Shown here: positions 19,701-25,338 of the stretch, one piece after another
Numbering within the stretch: position 1 is the first letter of the stretch
Layout of the letters: each line of letters starts with the position of its first letter
Assembly: GCA_000388065.2 (NCBI GenBank)
Contig: KB932212.1
Strand: one strand, 5' to 3'
Origin: Fonticula alba ATCC 38817
Taxonomy: Eukaryota > Protista > Nucleariida
Length of the DNA stretch: 25,338 nt
Made by a program: the position numbers and the translations under genes
Notes under the pieces: generated by a model
The model's input: only the letters and a program-made list of their open reading frames with translations
The model's database searches: none
What the model was told of the DNA's origin: nothing

Positions 19701-22700
19701 GCACCGGGCTCCAGGGCCGCGAGGGATGTCACCACGGGGTACTGCTCGCCGGCGCGGGGAGGGGCACCACCGCGCCGCCATCAAAACCGGTGTCAGTGCC
19801 GGCCACACACACACACACACANNNNNNNNNNGGTGGGGCGGGCGGCGTAGCACGCGCGGTTAGTGCATGCTTACATTTGCATATATATATATATGTACGT
19901 ATGTGTGCGTGTGTGCGTGTGTGTGCGCGCGTGTGTATGCGCGCGTGCGTGTGTGGCCTCCAGCCTGGGACCCAAGCCCGGAGCATGGCAGCGCCCCTGC
20001 TGTCAGGCAGAGCCCGGCCCCCGCCCAGGCCCCCCGCCGACGCCCCCGCCGCCGCACACTGTCTCTCTCTCTCTCTCACACACACACACAAGGACACATG
20101 GACACGCAAGGGGAGGGCCCCGCACGCACCGCCCAATTCCGGGAAACACTCATCGAAGCTGGTCCAAGGACAGGGGGTCGGCGGGTGCACCGGCACCGGG
20201 ACCAGGTGCTCGGGGCTGGCCGCCGGATTGGCATCCTCCCGGTCCAGGTAGAGCTTGACCGGGGCGCGCAGGAGCAGCACACCGCCCGGCGGCAGGCGCA
20301 TCGAGGTGATCCGCGTGAAGAGGCCGCCCTTCTCCTCGTGCATGTGCAGGCGGTCCTCTGTGCGCGCCGCCACCCGGCCGTCAGCGCAGAGCCGGAGGGC
20401 GGGAGAGGGGGGAAAAAAAAAAGAACGGCACAGCCCCGGGCCGGGGAAGGTGAGTGACGTGTCCCGGTGCGTGTGCCTTCCCCTCGAGCGCCCCCCCCCC
20501 CCCCGGGTGCCCGGGGAAAGGCCCACAAGCAAACGCAAGTGGACGGGCCTACGTACCATCCCAGATCTTCTGCATGCCAAGATCATGCACGCGGGCCCAG
20601 TCCACCGGGCCGATGGGGCCATGCCCGCCGGCCGCCGCCTGGGCCTCGAGCCACTTGCGCCGCCTGTCGGTGTCCAGCTCCACCCAGGACATCATGACCG
20701 GCTGGAAGCCGGTCTGCTCCAGGGGGATGTCCGCGCTGACATCTGGATGCCGGGCGGGCAAGCGCGCGCACGCGAGTCCGGAGCAAGGCACGCAGCGAGG
20801 CAGGGCGCCAGCGAAGGACCGAGAGAGGGGACAGCGTGTCAGTCCCCATCGCACGCACGTGCACACCTCGCCGGGGTGCACACACACACACGCGCGCGCG
20901 CACACGGCCCGATGCACGGCGCCAGGCAAAAGAACAGGCCCACCGAGCACGTACGATGGTCCGGCGTCTGGTCAAACCCATCGCCGAAGGCCGGCCGGGC
21001 CACCAGCACAAAGGCCGAGGCACAGGTCACGGCGAATTCATCGTCCGCACCCCCGGTCATCGGGCCGTCCGGCTCGTTGCACATCCCGCGGCACTTGGCC
21101 GCCATGCAGGCCGGGGCCTCGCGCCGCCACCGGCGAATGACGATGAACTCCCCGCGCTGGGCCACCGACGTGGCCCAGTTCCCCACGGCGTGGACGCCGG
21201 AATCCCGGCAAGGGGCCAGCCGGGCGAAGAGCCGCATGAGCTTGGATTTGACTGTCGCCCGGGCGGGGGGGGGGGGACGCACGCCGCCGGGCCGCGAGGC
21301 GCAGGCGCAGAAGCACGTCAGCGAGGCCGTCATGCACGGGGGCAGGCAGGAGGCCGAGTCGCGAGCACGCGCGCCCGGGAATACGCACCGGGCTCCAGGG
21401 CCGCGAGGGATGTCACCACGGGGTACTGCTCGCCGGCGCGGGGAGGGGCACCACCGCGCCGCCATCAAAACCGGTGTCAGTGCCGGCCACACACACACAC
21501 ACACACACACGCACACACGCACACCCGCACCACGCACGGGCGCACGCCGGGAGGGAAGGCAAACACAAAGGCACAAAGCCCACAAGCGCCGCCCCGGCCC
21601 CCCCCCCCTCCCCTCGGCCATGCTCCGGCCGCACGGGTCCCGCGCTTGCCCCCGCCCGCCCACCGGCCGCCGGCCACCGGCCGATGCGCGCACCTTCGTC
21701 CGCTCGCCGCACACCTCAATGCGCCGGGAAAACAGCCGGTCGGCGCCGATGACGCTGGCGCGCGGCCCGCGCCCGCCGACCAGCGACACCAGGGCCGCCT
21801 TGGCCAGCTGCATGCGCGGGTCGGTCGGCACATCGTTGTCATGCGTCTGGTCCGCCAGGATGGCGGTCGGGGTGACTTGGGCTGCGGGCGCCCGCAGGGG
21901 GGTGGACGGTCAGAGGACACAAAGTACACCGCGTGCGAGGGCGCAGCCCAGCGTCCCCGGGCCACGCAGCCACACAGGGGCCCGTGTTGGCGATCGCGCG
22001 CCAGCCGGCCAGCGGGCCGCGAGCCCGAGGCCCGCCCCTCCCCTCGCCCCCGGACCGCGGCAGCAGGCCAGCCAGCCAGCCCCCCGGCCCCGGCACCCGG
22101 GCTCGCGGGGGGAGGCCAAAGAAAAAGCCCTCCCAGCACAGCACCCCCGCCGGTACGTACTCAGCAGCGACCAGTAGCCCGGGTAGCCGAGGTGCCCGTC
22201 GCCCATGCCCGAGGCCATGGCCTCGCCGAGCAGGCGCATGAGGTCCGGCGTGCTGCGCGCCTGGGCCGCCTCGCGCACCAGCGCGTCCAGGCCCAGCCGC
22301 GCGGCATACGCCCGGTCGGCCGACGCCCGCCCGGTGAAGAGCTCGGCGATGACCCGGATCCCGGGGTTCACCTGGCGCGCCTGGTCCAGCAGGTACTCCG
22401 CCACATGCCGCGGCGTGCTATGGCAGTTGTCTGGGTCCGGGGGGGGGGGGGGGGGGGGCGGATGCCGACGGGCCGTGGCGCAGGGAGGGTCAGCATCCGG
22501 GCGCCGGAGGGCCCCGCCCAGGGGGGAAGCAGCAAAAAAAAAAAAAAAAGAAGAAAAAAAACAAGGCCCGGCCGATGCACACGGCCACCCCCCACACCAC
22601 CGGCAACGACAGCCGCGAGCCGGTCAGCCCCGCCCCGTGTCCGCCGGGCACGCACCGATGCGGAACATGTCGAAGGCACTGGCCATGGACTTGGTGTACA

Positions 22701-23467
22701 CCCTCATGTAGTTCCACAGGAATGGGCAGTCCTTCTGCGGGCGCCAGGCGCACAGGCGGGGGCCCGCGGCCGCGGGGCCGCCCGGCAGCAAGAGCGAGTC
22801 AGATAACCGGAGCATGCGCGGAAGGCGGGGGGGGCGGGCAAAAAAGAAGAAAAAAAAAAGGCCCCCGCCCCGCGCCCGGACAGGGCCCCACACACGCACC
22901 GGCCCCTCGCCATAGCGCAGCTTGATGCAGTCGCTCCAGACAATGACCTCGCGCCGGAGGTAGGCCGAGCCGCCGGCGCGCTCGACAAAGTCCCGCCCGT
23001 CGGACCCGGACGCCCCCCACACCCAGCCGTTGTTGGCCTGGATCATGCAATCCGGGATGAGGGCCAGCTCGTCGGAGTACCCCTGGCAGTCGGCCTCCAC
23101 CCACCACCGGGTGCAGATGGCCGGGCCGGTGGCGCACTTCGGCTGGCCGGTGTACGGCCCGCGCCAGGCCGAGAAGTAGGGCGACACCATCGGGTGGCGC
23201 TGGGAAATCTCCGCCGGCAGGCGCGGCCCGTGCGGATCCAGGCGCTCGTACCGCAGGCGGTTGGCGATGGCCGTCGGCGCCGCGCGCAGGATGTCCGCCT
23301 CGTACGAGTGGTACAGCGGCAAGTTGAGATTGGCGATGGCCCGGCGGATGGCCCGCGTGGCCGTGGCGATGTGGTTCTCTGCGCGGCGGCCGGCGCCCGG
23401 GCCAGCAACACATGTGTCAGCGGAACGCGGCGCAGCATATCCATATGCATAGGGCCAGAGGCGGGGG

Positions 23468-23503
<36 letters not shown>

Positions 23504-23985
23504 CCGGGGAAAAGGGGTCAGACATGCGAATGTGGGCCCCGGACGGGGTGAAGGCCGTGCTCGCAGGCCGGGACCTGCGCCACGATCAGGGGCCGGGACC
23601 TGCGCCGCGATCAGGGGCCGGGGTCTGCGCCGCGATCGGTGCCCCTGCAGCCACCCCGAACACCAGGGCGGCCGCCCCGGGCCGGCCAGGATGGCCAGCC
23701 AAGGAAAGGCAGTCTGCCCACGCACACTCCACATCGTAGACATAGTATTCCCAGAGGCGCAGCCGGTCGATGACCTCCTCCTTGAAGCGGGCCATCATCG
23801 GGCCGATCTGGTCCTGCGCGAGCCCCCGCGGCGACGCGCATGGGGGGAGACAACGTATACAGGCGCGCCCGTGTCCCCGTCCGGCGGCGGCGGCGGCGGC
23901 GGTGCGCGTGGCGCAGCATGTCGGCGTCAGCAAACGCATGTCGGGGAGAGGAGAATGCAACGGACACGCCCGCGAGGGCCACCCG

Positions 23986-24036
<51 letters not shown>

Positions 24037-25338
24037 TCTGCCGCAGGACCAGCCCAAGTAAGGCAGGAAAGAGAACCCCACCCCAGCCCGGCCCGGTCAG
24101 GGGCGTACCTCGTGCGTGATGGCCCCCGGGTTGCGGGCCGACCAGCGGATGATGGCGCGGTCCAGCTCCCAGGCCGGGCGCAGCCACGGGGCGGTCCACA
24201 AATTCCAGCTGGCGTCCGGGTTTTCCCGCAGCCACACGGCCCCGGCGCGTGGCTGCCCACCCCCGGGGCCGGCCCCCACCGGCGGGCAGTCCAGGTCGAT
24301 GTCGTGCAGGTTGGCCTCGGCCTGGAGCTCCGGGCTGAGGATCCGGTACACATGGTCGATGCCCTGGTTGGGGGACAGCGGCCCGGAGGGGGTCACCCGG
24401 CGGTCGGCCACCGGCATGACCGCCAGGTCGGTGGAGATCGGCCGGAAGGGCGGCGCCGCCGCGTGGTTCCACACGACATCGGTGCAGGCGCGCAGGCCGC
24501 ACACCCGCGCCAGGCGCTGGGTCATCTGCCGGAGGATGGCCGCACTGGCCTGGAAGCCGAGCCCGGCCGCCGTCGGGGGCTGGGGCGCCCCCTCGGCCGG
24601 TGCCCGCCGCAGCACCGCCACCACCGACGGATCCAGGCGCAAGTGGTCCGCCAGCGAGTAGGCCGAGTCCGAGGGGCCGCTACACTCGGGCCAAGGCCGC
24701 GTCGAGGGGAGCGCCCAACACCCGGGGCCCGGAGTCCGAGATCAAGCGACCGAGGGGCGGGGGGGCAGGGGGGGAGAGAAGTTAGCCCCGGGCGAAAGCG
24801 TGCTGGCCAGCCGCCATGCAGGGGGCCTGGGGGCTTTCCGCTCGCCTGCTAGGCAGCCACAGGGTGGCATCCGTGCACTGGCCCGCCCCCCTTGCCTTTC
24901 GTGCTCCGCCACACACACACACACACATCCAACCCTGCACACACATCCCTCTGTGCACACGCACCGGAGCTGCAGAGGCGCAAAGTGCACCGCCGTGTAG
25001 CCGGCCCGCCGGAGGCTGGCCATCTGCAGGAGCCACTGGACGCCGGGCTCGAGGCTCGCAAGCTCGTCCGGCGCCGCTGGCCCGGCCTTCTGCCGGCCGG
25101 CGAGGTTCTCGAAGAAACCCGGGGCCGCCTGAGCCGCGGCCGCCAGCTGGCCATGCCACCAGGCATCGTCACCGCCGCCGGCGGTCGGGCTGCCGGCCGC
25201 CGCCTCGAAGGGCTGCCAGAGGTGCGCATTGCGCAGGATGGCCGCCGTGGCCACCGGGCCGTTGGCCGCCGGCCGGCCGCGCGCCGGACCACCCGGGGCG
25301 CCGACATCGGCCGACCCGCAGCCCGACACGGCCGAGAA
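13272..25338 (-). CDS. AGL: Glycogen debranching enzyme (4-alpha-glucanotransferase GH13_25 plus amylo-alpha-1,6-glucosidase GH133), 5'-truncated by the window edge
   Basis: Exons (minus): >25338-24965, 24679-24109, 23813-(23728 or 23600), 23378/23376-22900, 22734-22656, 22430-22161, 21881-21694, 21425-21389, 21251-20955, 20742-20557, 20357-20130 (these last four duplicated at -1684), 18051-17953, 17697-16774, 16391-14413, 14015-13689, 13532-13272 (TGA). Motifs: GYTAVHFAPLQ.RG.S.S.YS, TDVVWNH, YERL..HGP, WSDCIKLRYG, FRIDNCHSTP, IAELFTG, QTHDN, LYRC..EE, YCGLQG, WGRDVLISFRGLLL, RHGLIPNL, YNCRDA, TWMDKMGES, PRDG, DYQLRPN, NYHQGPEWLW, GLPELTN, SCPTQAWS. Confidence 0.95.
14018..14205. repeat. Compound alternating purine-pyrimidine microsatellite (TG / TGCGTG / TGCATG) in a GDE intron
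   Basis: About 185 bp abutting the 3' splice site at 14017-14016. Confidence 0.9.
18148..21505. repeat. Tandem duplication of 1674 bp (18148-19821 = 19832-21505) around a 10-N gap; probable assembly artefact
   Basis: The ORF track shows identical translations at a constant offset of 1684 across the block, and the microsatellite lengths I compared match. Copy ends fall in a poly-G run and a (CA)n run. Confidence 0.95.
19822..19831. other. Assembly gap (10 N) at the junction of the duplicated block
   Basis: N run exactly between the two identical copies. Confidence 1.
23563..23640 (-). repeat. 25-bp minisatellite x3 (GATCGYGGCGCAGGTCCCGGCCCCT, minus strand)
   Basis: Units at 23637-23613, 23612-23588 and 23587-23563; no spacers. 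Confidence 0.85.

Noticed and set aside
18148-21505. Duplicated exons as a mutually exclusive exon cassette or mobile element
   Set aside because: Copies appear identical, including introns, and are joined by a 10-N gap. No terminal repeats, target-site duplication or transposase are visible.
23563-23640. 25-bp repeats as a possible CRISPR array
   Set aside because: Units are directly adjacent with no spacers, the context is a eukaryotic intron/exon boundary, and there are no cas genes.
1-25338. tRNA, rRNA, snoRNA, transposon or viral genes
   Set aside because: No cloverleaf, rRNA-like segment, box C/D pair, reverse transcriptase, transposase or terminal-repeat signature was recognised by eye. 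tRNAscan-SE or Infernal would be needed to exclude small RNAs fully.

Overview
GC-rich, intron-rich eukaryotic genomic DNA from a draft assembly with five N-gaps. It looks like a unicellular eukaryote: GTGCGT/GTACGY donors, CTRAC branch sites, and introns full of poly-C and microsatellites. The taxon cannot be fixed from sequence alone. I reconstructed four spliced genes by hand, and all but one GDE junction are phase-consistent. (1) + strand, 1380-6536: a ~1327-aa protein with an N-terminal CUE-like ubiquitin-binding domain, a glycoside-hydrolase-like (clan GH-A type) TIM barrel that appears to have lost both catalytic glutamates, a Pro/Gln/His-rich linker and an intact PPM1E/F-like PP2C phosphatase. 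(2) - strand, 6941 to >=9228: an R3HDM4-like R3H protein. (3) + strand, 10774-13010: a nucleotide-diphospho-sugar transferase (PF03407/GT77-like). (4) - strand, 13272 to >25338: an enlarged glycogen debranching enzyme (AGL/GDB1) with both active sites intact. A 1674-bp identical tandem duplication around a 10-N gap inside the GDE gene is probably an assembly artefact. The best novelty candidate is the CUE / pseudo-glycosidase / PP2C fusion, a possible glycan- and ubiquitin-sensing phosphatase. Family assignments come from motif recognition; no database search was run.
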